Source of the DNA: an uncultured Acidobacteriota bacterium
GTDB taxonomy: Bacteria; Acidobacteriota; Vicinamibacteria; Vicinamibacterales; Fen-181
NCBI GenBank assembly: GCA_963717945.1
Contig: CAVQXT010000007.1
Coordinates: 1,174,270-1,238,269 of the forward strand
Length of the DNA: 64,000 nucleotides
Reading direction: 5' to 3'
Under the pieces are notes generated by a model that saw only the letters and a list, made by a program, of their open reading frames with translations, did no database searches and was not told the origin of the DNA. How positions within the stretch are numbered: position 1 is the first letter of the stretch; each line of letters starts with the position of its first letter. Below are positions 25,761-34,652 of this stretch, piece after piece. The translations under genes were made by a program, and so were the position numbers.

Positions 25761-26206
25761 AGCCGGCGTCGCTGCTCGACGTCAACGTGCTCGTCGCGCT
25801 CTTCGATCCGGACCACGTCCACCACGAACTCGCCCACGACTGGTTCGCCGAGCACGGGCGCTCGAGCTGGGCGACGTGCCCCATCACCGAGAACGGGTTC
25901 GTGCGCGTGTTCGCCAGTCCCGCCTACGGCGCGGCCGTGGCCAGGATCGCCGACCTCGTCGAGCGGTTGTCCCGATTCTGCGCCAGCGGCGGCCACGTCT
26001 TCTGGGAGGACTCCGCGTCGCTGCTGGACGCCGGCCTGTTGGACTGGTCGGCGGCCGTCGGGCACCGGCAGGTGACCGACATCTATCTCCTGGCCCTCGC
26101 GCGCGCACGAGGGGGGCGGCTGGTCACCTTCGACCGCTCCATCCGCCTGCGCGCCGTCAAGGGAGCGACGGCCAAGCACGTGGTGGTGGTGGGCCCCGCG
26201 AACTGA
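25757..26206 (+). CDS. vapC: type II toxin, VapC-like PIN-domain ribonuclease
   Basis: SLLDVNVLVALFDPDHVHH..., ITENGFVRV, QVTDIYLLALARARGGRLVTFD: the PIN acidic residues are in canonical positions. Confidence 0.8.
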   Translation: MKPASLLDVNVLVALFDPDHVHHELAHDWFAEHGRSSWATCPITENGFVRVFASPAYGAAVARIADLVERLSRFCASGGHVFWEDSASLLDAGLLDWSAAVGHRQVTDIYLLALARARGGRLVTFDRSIRLRAVKGATAKHVVVVGPAN

Positions 26207-26282
26207 CGCCGCCTGTAGCCGGAAGCCAGCCCTTCGACTCGCCTCGAACGGCGCACCGGGCACCCACGCGTCGGCAACGCGA

Positions 26283-26789
26283 TCACTTCGGCAAGGAGGC
26301 CAGCACGTCGATGTCCGCCTGGTCGGCGGGCCGGCCCGTGCGCTTGGACGCGATGAGATCGTCGCGCCCGAGGTAGGGGACGCGTGTGCCCTGAATTCGG
26401 CGGACGACCCGCCCCTTCCAGGCCCGTTCGAAGCGGACGGCGATTTTTCCGGCTGCCCGTCGAGTGGCGCGGCCGTCGCGCCGGGTCCAGGCGACAGCCA
26501 GGATGTCGACCCGAGGATCGTCGCCGACAATGGTGATCGGGCTTCGAGTAACCTCAGGGGCCTCGAGTTCCCGCGCCACGCCGTAGGGCAGGCCCCCGAG
26601 CGCTTTCAGCACGCGCGCCATGTTCGATTCGTCGGAAGGGACGAGAATGTCCACGTCCTTGGTCGCCCGCACCGACCCGTGCAGGTTTGCCGCGACGCCG
26701 CCGGCCAGCAGATACCGCGCCCGGTGGCGGTTCAGCAGCCGGCAGACGCGAAGCACCCGGTTATCGGTACCAGGGATTGGTTTGTGCAC
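26283..26789 (-). CDS. small nucleotidyltransferase-fold protein (MNT/AbiEii-like), possible TA component
   Basis: ...RYLLAGGVAANLHGSVRATKDVDILVPS... is a minimal-NTase-like G-S...D-x-D pattern. Family assignment is from motif only. Confidence 0.55.
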   Translation of the reverse strand: MHKPIPGTDNRVLRVCRLLNRHRARYLLAGGVAANLHGSVRATKDVDILVPSDESNMARVLKALGGLPYGVARELEAPEVTRSPITIVGDDPRVDILAVAWTRRDGRATRRAAGKIAVRFERAWKGRVVRRIQGTRVPYLGRDDLIASKRTGRPADQADIDVLASLPK

Positions 26790-26958
26790 GTCTCCACCGC
26801 TCGTATTCGGCGAAGGTGGGGAAGGACCGGGCGAACGGCCGGAACCGATAGGGAGTCAGCGCGCGGAAATCGGAGAACAGGCGCTCGGCCTCGGCGAGGC
26901 GGGCTCCGGCGCCCCGCGCCTTCCTCGGTCCCCCCCGCGTTTCCGGTCGCGACGTCAT
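26761..26958 (-). CDS. small hypothetical protein, possible partner of the nucleotidyltransferase
   Basis: 65-aa ORF ending ...FPTFAEYERWRRAQTNPWYR, overlapping the NTase start by 29 nt. No recognised domain. Confidence 0.3.
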   Translation of the reverse strand: MTSRPETRGGPRKARGAGARLAEAERLFSDFRALTPYRFRPFARSFPTFAEYERWRRAQTNPWYR

Positions 26959-27042
26959 GCGCGGGATTATACCGCAGCGTCGCCGCCTCCGCCGCGGACG
27001 GGCTCGCCCGCCACGAGCGGCCCGCGGTGCCGATACCTGCAG

Positions 27043-29271
27043 CTACCTGCCCGGCGTCTCCCCGTAGAACTTCCAGTCGATCGGCATGTCGCGCGTCAGC
27101 TTCTGGCGGCTGAACACCAGCCGCAGCAGCGCGATCGGCATGCTGCCCTGGCGCAGGACCTCGTCGTGGAACGCCTTTTGCGGCATCGCGCCCGAGTCCA
27201 CGATCTCCTTCCGCAGCCCTCGCAGCTGGAGGCCGCCCAGCAGGTACGCCGCCTGGTAGAGCGGGCCGTAGTCGCCCTGGAACGAACGCCGCACCTCGCC
27301 GATGGCGTTCTCGCGCTCGAAGCCGACGCGATCCACGAGAAAGTCCACGCACTCCTGCGGCGACCATTCGCCCATGTGGAACCGGAGCGAGAAGATGATG
27401 CGCGCGCAGCGATGCATCCGCCAGAACAGGGCGCCGATCCGCTTCTCGGGCGTGTCGTGGAAGCCGATGTCATACATCGTCAACTCCCAGTAGAGCGGCC
27501 AGCCCTCGCCGTAGAACGGGCTGTTTCCGCCGAGCGCGGGGCGGTAGCCGCGGTAGCGGGGGCTCACGTAGTAGACCAGGTTGTGGCCCGGGATCATCTC
27601 GTGGAAGGCCGTGGCGTGCGAGAACGGCGTGTTGTTGCCCCGCATGCTCTGCAGCCTCGCGTCGTGCTCCATGGTGTCGGTCGGGTACGACACGCTGATC
27701 TCGGTGCCGCCGGTGAAGAAGGGGTTCACCAGCTGCCGTTCGGGCGTCATCATGATCATGTGGAGCGATTCGGCCGCGACGGCGGGCACCGTCAGCAGAT
27801 CGCGCGCGCGGAGGTAGTCCACCGCCTCGAACATGAGGTCGCGTATGACGCCGACCTGGCCGCCGGGCGGAGGATGGATCCCCTTCATCTTCTCGAGCGC
27901 AGCCTTCCAGTCGTCGCCGAGGCCCAGCTGGCGCGACGCCTTCTTCATCTCCGCCTCGCACCATCCGAACTCCGTCTCGGCGATCGCGATCAACTCCTCG
28001 GGCGTGTAGGGAATGAGCTCGTCCTGAAGGTCGAAGATCAAGCCCTGGCGGCCGCGCGCCTTTCCGGCGATGCCCGAGGCGTCGGCCTTGCGCGGCAGAT
28101 TCTCCGGCAGCGTCACGCCGGCGCGGGCGATCTGCCGCTCCGATGTCTTCTTGATGTAGAGGTAGTCCACCTGCGCGTTGCGCGTGAGCTTGTCGAAGTC
28201 GAGCGTCTTGAGCGCCTTCAGCCAGCTCTCGTAGAACACCCGGTCGCGGCGCGCGCCGCCCTGGGGCGCGTCGCCGCGGTTGCTGCGCACCGGCCCTCGA
28301 AACCGCTGGACGATGTCGGTCATCTCGTCCTGCGGGAGGGTGATGAGTTCCTCGAGGTCGGGTACCGAGGGGTACTTCGGAACCGGCGCGGGGGCGATCG
28401 CGCGGCGGGCCACGGGCGCCGCGCCGGACGGCCAGGCATTGGAGTCGGCGGTCCTGTCCTTGAGGAACGAGGCGTAGGCCTCGAGCGCGGCGTCCGCCTT
28501 CTTGTAGGGCAGGCCGTCCCACCAGGTGAAGAGCGGGTCGTACCCGTTGTAGAAGGTGAACCACTCGGCGAGCGCCGTCCGGAGCTGTTCGACGGCCGCC
28601 GGGCCGCGGAGCGCGACACGCCTCGGCACGCCCAGCGCGTCTGCTGATGCACCCGAAGCGGCGAGTCCCGCCTCGAGGCGGGCGCGGACGTCAGTGACGG
28701 CCTTCGTCACGGCCGTCAGCGTGCCCGCGGCCGTCTCGGCATCGAGGTCGTCGAGGCGGATGCGCGACTCGACGAGGGCCACGATCGCGGGTGCGAACGG
28801 CAGGATGGGCGCGATGTCGGACAGCGCCGTCGTGTCGGCGTCGAGCTGCTTCAGGTTCGACTGGACCGTGCCCTTGAGCGCTCCGAGTTCGGATTTGGCG
28901 GCCGGTGTCAGCGTCGAGGCGTCGAGCGCGCCGAGCGCGGCGAGCCAGTCCTGGTCGAACCGCTCGAGCCGCGCGATGCGGTTCGGCGACAGCGGCTCGG
29001 GAGGCGCGACGGGTGCGCCGCCGCCGCGGGCGCCGCGCGTGCGCAGGCCGCCGAGGTAATTGCCCGCCAGGGTGACGCGGTCGAGCGTATAGCGGGCCGT
29101 GACCAGCCGCATCTCGCTCTGCCGCGGCGAGAGCAGCGGCCGGAGATCCTTCGGGAGCGCCTGGTCCGCGGCGGCAGCCGGCGGCGGTGGGGCCTGCGCG
29201 TGCAGCGAGGCCGCCAGGACGCCGAACGACAAGACCAGGGTCAGGACGCGACGAGTCAGCCGATGCGACAT
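27043..29271 (-). CDS. DUF885 family protein with signal peptide
   Basis: MSHRLTRRVLTLVLSFGVLAASLHAQA... and ...FHEMIPGHNLVYYV (HExxPGH), a motif I associate with DUF885. 742 aa. Confidence 0.8.
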   Translation of the reverse strand: MSHRLTRRVLTLVLSFGVLAASLHAQAPPPPAAAADQALPKDLRPLLSPRQSEMRLVTARYTLDRVTLAGNYLGGLRTRGARGGGAPVAPPEPLSPNRIARLERFDQDWLAALGALDASTLTPAAKSELGALKGTVQSNLKQLDADTTALSDIAPILPFAPAIVALVESRIRLDDLDAETAAGTLTAVTKAVTDVRARLEAGLAASGASADALGVPRRVALRGPAAVEQLRTALAEWFTFYNGYDPLFTWWDGLPYKKADAALEAYASFLKDRTADSNAWPSGAAPVARRAIAPAPVPKYPSVPDLEELITLPQDEMTDIVQRFRGPVRSNRGDAPQGGARRDRVFYESWLKALKTLDFDKLTRNAQVDYLYIKKTSERQIARAGVTLPENLPRKADASGIAGKARGRQGLIFDLQDELIPYTPEELIAIAETEFGWCEAEMKKASRQLGLGDDWKAALEKMKGIHPPPGGQVGVIRDLMFEAVDYLRARDLLTVPAVAAESLHMIMMTPERQLVNPFFTGGTEISVSYPTDTMEHDARLQSMRGNNTPFSHATAFHEMIPGHNLVYYVSPRYRGYRPALGGNSPFYGEGWPLYWELTMYDIGFHDTPEKRIGALFWRMHRCARIIFSLRFHMGEWSPQECVDFLVDRVGFERENAIGEVRRSFQGDYGPLYQAAYLLGGLQLRGLRKEIVDSGAMPQKAFHDEVLRQGSMPIALLRLVFSRQKLTRDMPIDWKFYGETPGR

Positions 29272-29335
29272 GGAACGGGACCTCCGGAGGCCCGTGAACC
29301 ATATCAACCGGGTCCAACGATGGTCAAGGACCGAA

Positions 29336-29377
29336 GGCTGAGGGCTGAAGGCTGACGGCCGACGGCTGACGGCGGTG
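29336..29377. repeat. heptanucleotide array (GGCTGAS x6)
   Basis: ggctgag|ggctgaa|ggctgac|ggccgac|ggctgac|ggcggtg, immediately followed by GTGTCACGCGT (29376-29386). Confidence 0.75.
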
Positions 29378-29461
29378 TCACGCGTTTATCGGGTGACTCT
29401 TCACCGTTGCCTGGACGGTCCGGCCCGAGGGACAATGCCGCCTGCCCGAGGCGGTGACCTG

Positions 29462-29704
29462 ATGTTGCAGCAGTTTCCCTATCTCGCGTGGATCCCGCCG
29501 GCGGCGTCGGTCGCCCTGCTCGTCCTCTTATGGAAATTCAGCGGCGTGAAGAGGAGGAGTCTCGTCCCGCTGCTGGGGGCGTTCATGGTTGCGGCATACG
29601 CGCAGTCGGTCTCCGGCTCGACCCTCCTCAATTCGGTCGGCTTCGTTCTCCAGACGACCCTGGCGATCTATCTCGCCGTGCGTGCAGGTCGGCGAAGAAC
29701 TTGA
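29462..29704 (+). CDS. small hypothetical membrane protein (2 TM helices)
   Basis: MLQQFPYLAWIPPAASVALLVLLWKF...LVPLLGAFMVAAYAQ.... It overlaps the 3' end of the convergent SET gene by 77 nt, so one of the two ends may be wrong. Confidence 0.35.
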   Translation: MLQQFPYLAWIPPAASVALLVLLWKFSGVKRRSLVPLLGAFMVAAYAQSVSGSTLLNSVGFVLQTTLAIYLAVRAGRRRT

Positions 29705-30197
29705 TCACCGCCGGGTCCTCCATGAAGTCGTAGCGGTACTTGGGGCCGTAGTCGACCCACAGCTCCTCGCCGGCGGCGATGTTCCGCAGCGCGACGATCT
29801 TCACAAACGGGGGTTCACAGATCTTCTCGAACTTCACGTTCTGGAACTCGGCCGGCGCGTAGTTCATCCGGCTGAACACGTTGCCGTTAACGCCGTCGAT
29901 GACCGTGATGCCGCCCGTGTGCGGCGTTGCGCAGTCGAGCAGCCCCATCATGTACTGCCACCGGTCCGCGCCCGCCCGGCGTTCGTACTCCACGTCGGTG
30001 ATGAACTCCCCGGTGTAGGCCCCCAGGTAGGCGCCCTTCGGGATGGCCACCTTCGTGTAGACGCCGTTTCCAGCGTGCGGAATCCTGGACGTTCTGATTT
30101 CGAGCTGCTTCTCGTAGGGGGTCTGGCCGTGCGGCCACGCGACCGCCATCGCGACGGCGACGGCCGCGAGGAGGGACCGCAACCTGGCTCGTCTCAT
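29628..30197 (-). CDS. SET domain protein with predicted signal peptide
   Basis: MRRARLRSLLAAVAVAMAVAWPHG..., then IPHAGNGVYTKVAIPKGAYLGAYTGEFI...FSRMNYAP...GEELWVDYG. GGGAGG Shine-Dalgarno before ATG 30197. Confidence 0.7.
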   Translation of the reverse strand: MRRARLRSLLAAVAVAMAVAWPHGQTPYEKQLEIRTSRIPHAGNGVYTKVAIPKGAYLGAYTGEFITDVEYERRAGADRWQYMMGLLDCATPHTGGITVIDGVNGNVFSRMNYAPAEFQNVKFEKICEPPFVKIVALRNIAAGEELWVDYGPKYRYDFMEDPAVIKFFADLHARRDRSPGSSGERSRPN

Positions 30198-30372
30198 CTT
30201 CGCCTCCCTTCGGCGGCCGGTCCCGCCGGGACCTGGTGTCGCCCGGCCGGGCTTCGACCGGCCCATGGCGCCAGGGAGCCGCCTCCCGTCACCGCTGCCA
30301 ATGGGCCGGCCGCATGCCTGGAATGGGCGACTGGCGTCGGCTCCGACCGGACCGTCGAATCGAGGAACGCGC

Positions 30373-30687
30373 TCAATGGGTCTTGACGGCCTTCGCGACG
30401 CGTTCTACTTCGTGGGCGCCGCGGGCGACCACGTCGGCCACTTCGTTACGGACGCTCTGGCCCTTCTTCGCCAGATCGTCGACCGCCTCGCCGACGCGGG
30501 TGCTTGCGTGTTCGTAGCGCTTCGACGCCCGTTTCCTCAGCGCCCTCGCCGAATCGCTCATCCGACGGCCGAGTTCCGAGGCCGCTCGCGGGACGAGCAG
30601 GATCGTCAGGCCGGTCCCGACGACGGTGCCCATCACCAGTCCGGTCAGGAATCTGTGGTTGCGATGATTGTTCGTCTCCGGGGACAT
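30373..30687 (-). CDS. YtxH domain-containing protein
   Basis: FLTGLVMGTVVGTGLTILLVPRAASELGRRMSDSARAL...: an N-terminal TM helix followed by an amphipathic helical tail. Confidence 0.7.
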   Translation of the reverse strand: MSPETNNHRNHRFLTGLVMGTVVGTGLTILLVPRAASELGRRMSDSARALRKRASKRYEHASTRVGEAVDDLAKKGQSVRNEVADVVARGAHEVERVAKAVKTH

Positions 30688-30831
30688 GGGTTGGTCCTCC
30701 TTATCAACCAGCATAAACCCACCTCCGCCACGTGGGTGGTTTTCTGTCGTGCCAGCGACGCGGCAGAAGGGGCTTGATATCGCCTATCATCAGTGTCCAG
30801 CAGACATGATGGTCTATCAGGAGGAAGCGAG

Positions 30832-31833
30832 ATGTCGTTGAGAACAAAGGCCGTCGTGTGGACGCTTGGCTTCGGTGCCGCCTTGGTCGCAGCGGGATAT
30901 GCGGCGTTCCAGCTCAGTCCGTGGCCGGGCGCGCTCATCGTACGCGTGGCATTTGACAGAGGTGGCGCCCGAATATCCCGAGCGCTCGACGCGCGGGTTC
31001 CGGCTGGCATCACGGCTCAACTCGACCTCAGGTACGACGTAACGGACGAGGATGCGCTCCTCGACGTCTTCTATCCGTCGAAGGTCGCCGACAGCACAGC
31101 GTGGCGCCCTACCGTCGTCTGGGTGCACGGCGGTGGCTGGGTCGCGGGCAGCAAAGACCACGTCGCGAATTACCTCAGAATACTCGCGGGTCGGGGATAC
31201 ACCGTGGTCGGGGTTGGCTACTCGCTTGCGCCTGGCGCGACCTATCCGACTCCAGTCAGGCAAGTGAATGCCGCGCTCGCGTATCTCGTGCAGAATGCAG
31301 GGCGCCTGCGCGTGAATCCCGCGCACTTCGTGCTCGCCGGCAACTCCGCCGGCGCCCAGATCGCTGCGCAACTTGCCAACGTCCTCAGTGAGCCGTCTTA
31401 CGCGAGGAGCTTGACGATCAGGCCGTCCATCGACCGCAATCAGCTCGCCGGCGTGATCCTGTACTCTGGTTCCTACGATCTGAGACGGATCAATCTCAAC
31501 GGACCCTACGGCCGCCTGATGAAGACGGTTCTCTGGTCGTACAGCGGCAGCAAGGACTTCATGAACGCCCCCCGCTTCGCAACGGGGTCCGTGCAAGAGT
31601 ACGTCACGTCCACGTTTCCCCCTACGTTCATTTCGGCTGGGAACGGTGATCCGGCTGAACCTTCGTCGAGCGCGTTCGCAAAGGCTCTCGCCGAGCGCGG
31701 GGTGAAGGTGGACGGCCTCTTCTTCCCGGGCGACCGAAGACCCGCGCTCCCCCACGATTATCAGTTTCGCCTTGAAACCGAGGCCGGGAGGCTCGCGCTG
31801 GATCGATCTGTCGCGTTCCTCTCGGGCAAATGA
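30832..31833 (+). CDS. alpha/beta hydrolase, HGGG-type esterase/lipase
   Basis: VVWVHGGGWVAGSK, nucleophile elbow AGNSAGAQ, AGGAGG Shine-Dalgarno. GC is visibly lower than in the flanking genes. Confidence 0.85.
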   Translation: MSLRTKAVVWTLGFGAALVAAGYAAFQLSPWPGALIVRVAFDRGGARISRALDARVPAGITAQLDLRYDVTDEDALLDVFYPSKVADSTAWRPTVVWVHGGGWVAGSKDHVANYLRILAGRGYTVVGVGYSLAPGATYPTPVRQVNAALAYLVQNAGRLRVNPAHFVLAGNSAGAQIAAQLANVLSEPSYARSLTIRPSIDRNQLAGVILYSGSYDLRRINLNGPYGRLMKTVLWSYSGSKDFMNAPRFATGSVQEYVTSTFPPTFISAGNGDPAEPSSSAFAKALAERGVKVDGLFFPGDRRPALPHDYQFRLETEAGRLALDRSVAFLSGK

Positions 31834-32018
31834 ACCAAGGGCGGGAGAGGCCGCGACCGGCCGCCTGTCGTCGAGAGCGCGTCCGATAACGGCCCTCCTT
31901 GCCTTCGCCGCCTGGACGGTGCCGAAAGGAACTGCTTGATGGGCGCCGGGCGAATGGGCAAGATAGCCGGCGGCTGCGCGCACCAGCTTGTTCGACAGGC
32001 CTTCCACAGGAGACTTCG

Positions 32019-32963
32019 ATGGACGGCGCATTCGTTCGAGCCCACGGGATCGTGAAGCGCTTCTCCGGGCGCGTGGCCGCGGAGCGGCTCAGCTTCGAGG
32101 TCCGTCGCGGCGAGGTGTTCGCCCTGCTCGGCCCGAACGGCGCCGGCAAGACCACGACGGTGCGGATGCTGGTCGGCATCATCAGGCCCGACGAGGGACG
32201 CATCGAGGTTCCCGGCGACGGGGCCACGCGCGACCGGCTTCGGCCCGACAGGACAGGCTATCTGCCCGAGGAACGCGGCCTGTACCAGGAGGTCCCGGTC
32301 CTGCGATCGCTCGTGTACTTCGGCCGGCTCCGCGGGCTGGACGGTCGAGAAGCCGGCAGGCGCGCCTGCGAGTGGCTCGAGCGGATGGGCCTGCTCGACC
32401 GCAAGGCCGATCGGCTGGACGCGCTCTCCAAGGGCAACCAGCAGCGCGTCCAGTTCATCGCCGCCGTGCTCCATCGCCCGGCGCTGGCGATTCTCGACGA
32501 GCCCTTTTCCGGCCTCGACCCGCTCAGCCAGGAGTTCTTCCTGGAACTGGTCCGGGACCTGAGGAACGGAGGCACCACGATTCTCTTGTCGTCGCACCAG
32601 ATGGATCTCGTCGAACGCGTCGCGGACCGGATCCTCCTCCTCAACCACGGCCGCGAGATCCTCTCGGGCTCGGTGGGCGACCTGCACGAACGCCTCGACG
32701 GCCGTCCCAGGCTGCGGGTGACGCTGGAGCGGGCCGCCGATGTCGGGGTGCTGCGGACCGACGCGGACGTCGAGGACATCGACGGGGAGGGTCCTGAGCT
32801 GCGTGTCGCCCTGCGCGCCGGGGCGCAGACGCCGCAGTTCCTGGCGCGCCTCGTCACGCGCGTGCCGGTGACGGCGATCGGCACGGACGCGCCGCGCCTG
32901 CATGACGTCTTCGTGCGCGCCGTCCGCGATGACGAGGCAAGGGTCGCAGGGAGGGTGTCATGA
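32019..32963 (+). CDS. ABC transporter ATP-binding protein (ABC-2/NatA-like)
   Basis: GPNGAGKTT, LSKGNQQRV, AILDEPFSGLD, SSHQM. Confidence 0.9.
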   Translation: MDGAFVRAHGIVKRFSGRVAAERLSFEVRRGEVFALLGPNGAGKTTTVRMLVGIIRPDEGRIEVPGDGATRDRLRPDRTGYLPEERGLYQEVPVLRSLVYFGRLRGLDGREAGRRACEWLERMGLLDRKADRLDALSKGNQQRVQFIAAVLHRPALAILDEPFSGLDPLSQEFFLELVRDLRNGGTTILLSSHQMDLVERVADRILLLNHGREILSGSVGDLHERLDGRPRLRVTLERAADVGVLRTDADVEDIDGEGPELRVALRAGAQTPQFLARLVTRVPVTAIGTDAPRLHDVFVRAVRDDEARVAGRVS

Positions 32964-34144
32964 GCCATGCCCGTGACGTCTGCGTCGTGGCCCAATGGGA
33001 GTTCGGGCGCTTCTTCAAGTGGAGGGACCAGTTCATCGGCCTGGCGCTCTTCCTGCTCGTGAGCGCCGTGTGGGCGGGCGTGGCACTCGTGGCCGGCGCC
33101 GCGGGACGCACGGTCACCGTCGCGCTGGCCGGCGTCGCTTTGCAGCCTCCGGCCGGCGGGCGGTTCCAGTTCGTGCCGGCGGCACCCGATGACCGCCAGG
33201 GCACCGACGCCCTGCGCCGCGGCGACGTTCAGGGCGTGCTGTCACGCCGCGCCGACGGCGCCTTCGAGCTCCTGGTGACGAAGGACCCGCGGTATCGCGC
33301 GGAACTCGCCGCCCTGCTCGGCGACGTGGTTCGCCGCGAGCGCCTCGAGGCGTCCGGCGTGTCGCCCCTTGCCTTGCAGCGGATTCTCGCTCCCGTGGCC
33401 GTCGATGTCCGGTTCGTGGACCCCGCACGGGGGCGCGTCGGACGCGCCGAGAAGATCGCCGCGGGCTTCTGCGTGGGCGTGATGCTCATCGCCATCTTCA
33501 CCAGCCTGGCGAACCTCCTCACCGGCATCACGGGCGAGAAGCAACTCCGCGTGACGGAATCGGTCGTGTCCGCCATCTCCCCGCAGGCCTGGATCGACGG
33601 CAAGGTGCTCGGCATCACCGCGGCCGCCCTGGCCTCGGTGGGCAACATCATCGTCGGGCTGGCGATCATCGGCGTCACCGCGCAGCTTGTCTCCGGATTC
33701 ACCTGGCCGGCGGCGTCGCTCCGGCCCACAGTCATCCTGACCCTCGCCGCGTACACCATCCTGGGCCTGCTGCTGTGGAACTCCTTCTTCGCCGCCGTCG
33801 CGGCGACGGTCAGCGACGTCTACACGTCATCCCGTTCGTCGCTGATCTTTCTGCCGCTGGTGCCCGTCGCCCTGTCGGTTGCGGTGCTGCGGGATCCCGA
33901 CGCGCTCGTCGCCCGCGTCCTCGCCGTGTTCCCCCTGACCAGCTCGCCGGCGCTGCCCATGCGCCTGGTCCTCTCCGACCCGGGCCCCCTCGAGGTGGCC
34001 GGTTCGCTCGCGCTCCTCGCCGGCGCCGTATGGGTCATGCGCCGCATGGCCGGGCGGATCTTCCAGCTGGGCATCCTGCTCTACGGCAAGGAACCGACCC
34101 TGCCGGAGATGGTCCGGTGGGCCACCGAGCGTCGGGTCCGCTGA
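32960..34144 (+). CDS. ABC-2 type transporter permease
   Basis: ATGA overlap with the ATPase gene. One N-terminal TM helix, a large loop, then about 5 C-terminal TM helices. Confidence 0.8.
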   Translation: MSHARDVCVVAQWEFGRFFKWRDQFIGLALFLLVSAVWAGVALVAGAAGRTVTVALAGVALQPPAGGRFQFVPAAPDDRQGTDALRRGDVQGVLSRRADGAFELLVTKDPRYRAELAALLGDVVRRERLEASGVSPLALQRILAPVAVDVRFVDPARGRVGRAEKIAAGFCVGVMLIAIFTSLANLLTGITGEKQLRVTESVVSAISPQAWIDGKVLGITAAALASVGNIIVGLAIIGVTAQLVSGFTWPAASLRPTVILTLAAYTILGLLLWNSFFAAVAATVSDVYTSSRSSLIFLPLVPVALSVAVLRDPDALVARVLAVFPLTSSPALPMRLVLSDPGPLEVAGSLALLAGAVWVMRRMAGRIFQLGILLYGKEPTLPEMVRWATERRVR

Positions 34145-34498
34145 ACCGGCATGAACTATTTCTTCTGACTGCGCACGACGTCGCCAGACTTTCTTGAATG
34201 TCAGATGGAGTTGTAGGTGCCGGCGGCCAGTCTGAAGGTGTCCCGACGCGACGGCAGGCCGTCCACGGGGAGGTCAGCGCGCTGCCGTCTCTGACGCGGG
34301 AGGGGCTGCCACGAGCCGCCCGTCGGTGAGAGCGCGTTCGAGAACGGCCCTTGTGTCCCAATCCGGTGCCGCCCGTCGCTCAGGACCAGGCCGGGGACTG
34401 GTGATGCCCAACCGGAAAAGGCGGCGCACCCACGCCAGCCGCGGGTCGGACTCGCCCTGGGCCTTGAGCCGCGAGGCGTAAGCCGTAAGCCGGCCTGG

Positions 34499-34603
34499 AT
34501 CGCGCGAAGCTTCTTGTAGGTCGCGAGCACGCACACGCCCACCACCATCAGCAGGACGCCGTTCACCGCGAGGACGGCAGGCGCGGAGTAGATGTTGGCG
34601 AGC
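34499..34603 (-). pseudogene. orphan 105-bp copy of the 3' end of the MFS transporter gene (103/105 identical to 37214-37318)
   Basis: Direct nucleotide alignment. It encodes ANIYSAPAVLAVNGVLLMVVGVCVLATYKKLRAI without the stop codon. Confidence 0.85.
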
Positions 34604-34652
34604 TTCCGGTCATCCTCGACGCCGATCGAACCTGACATCGCCCTCCGGTCGC

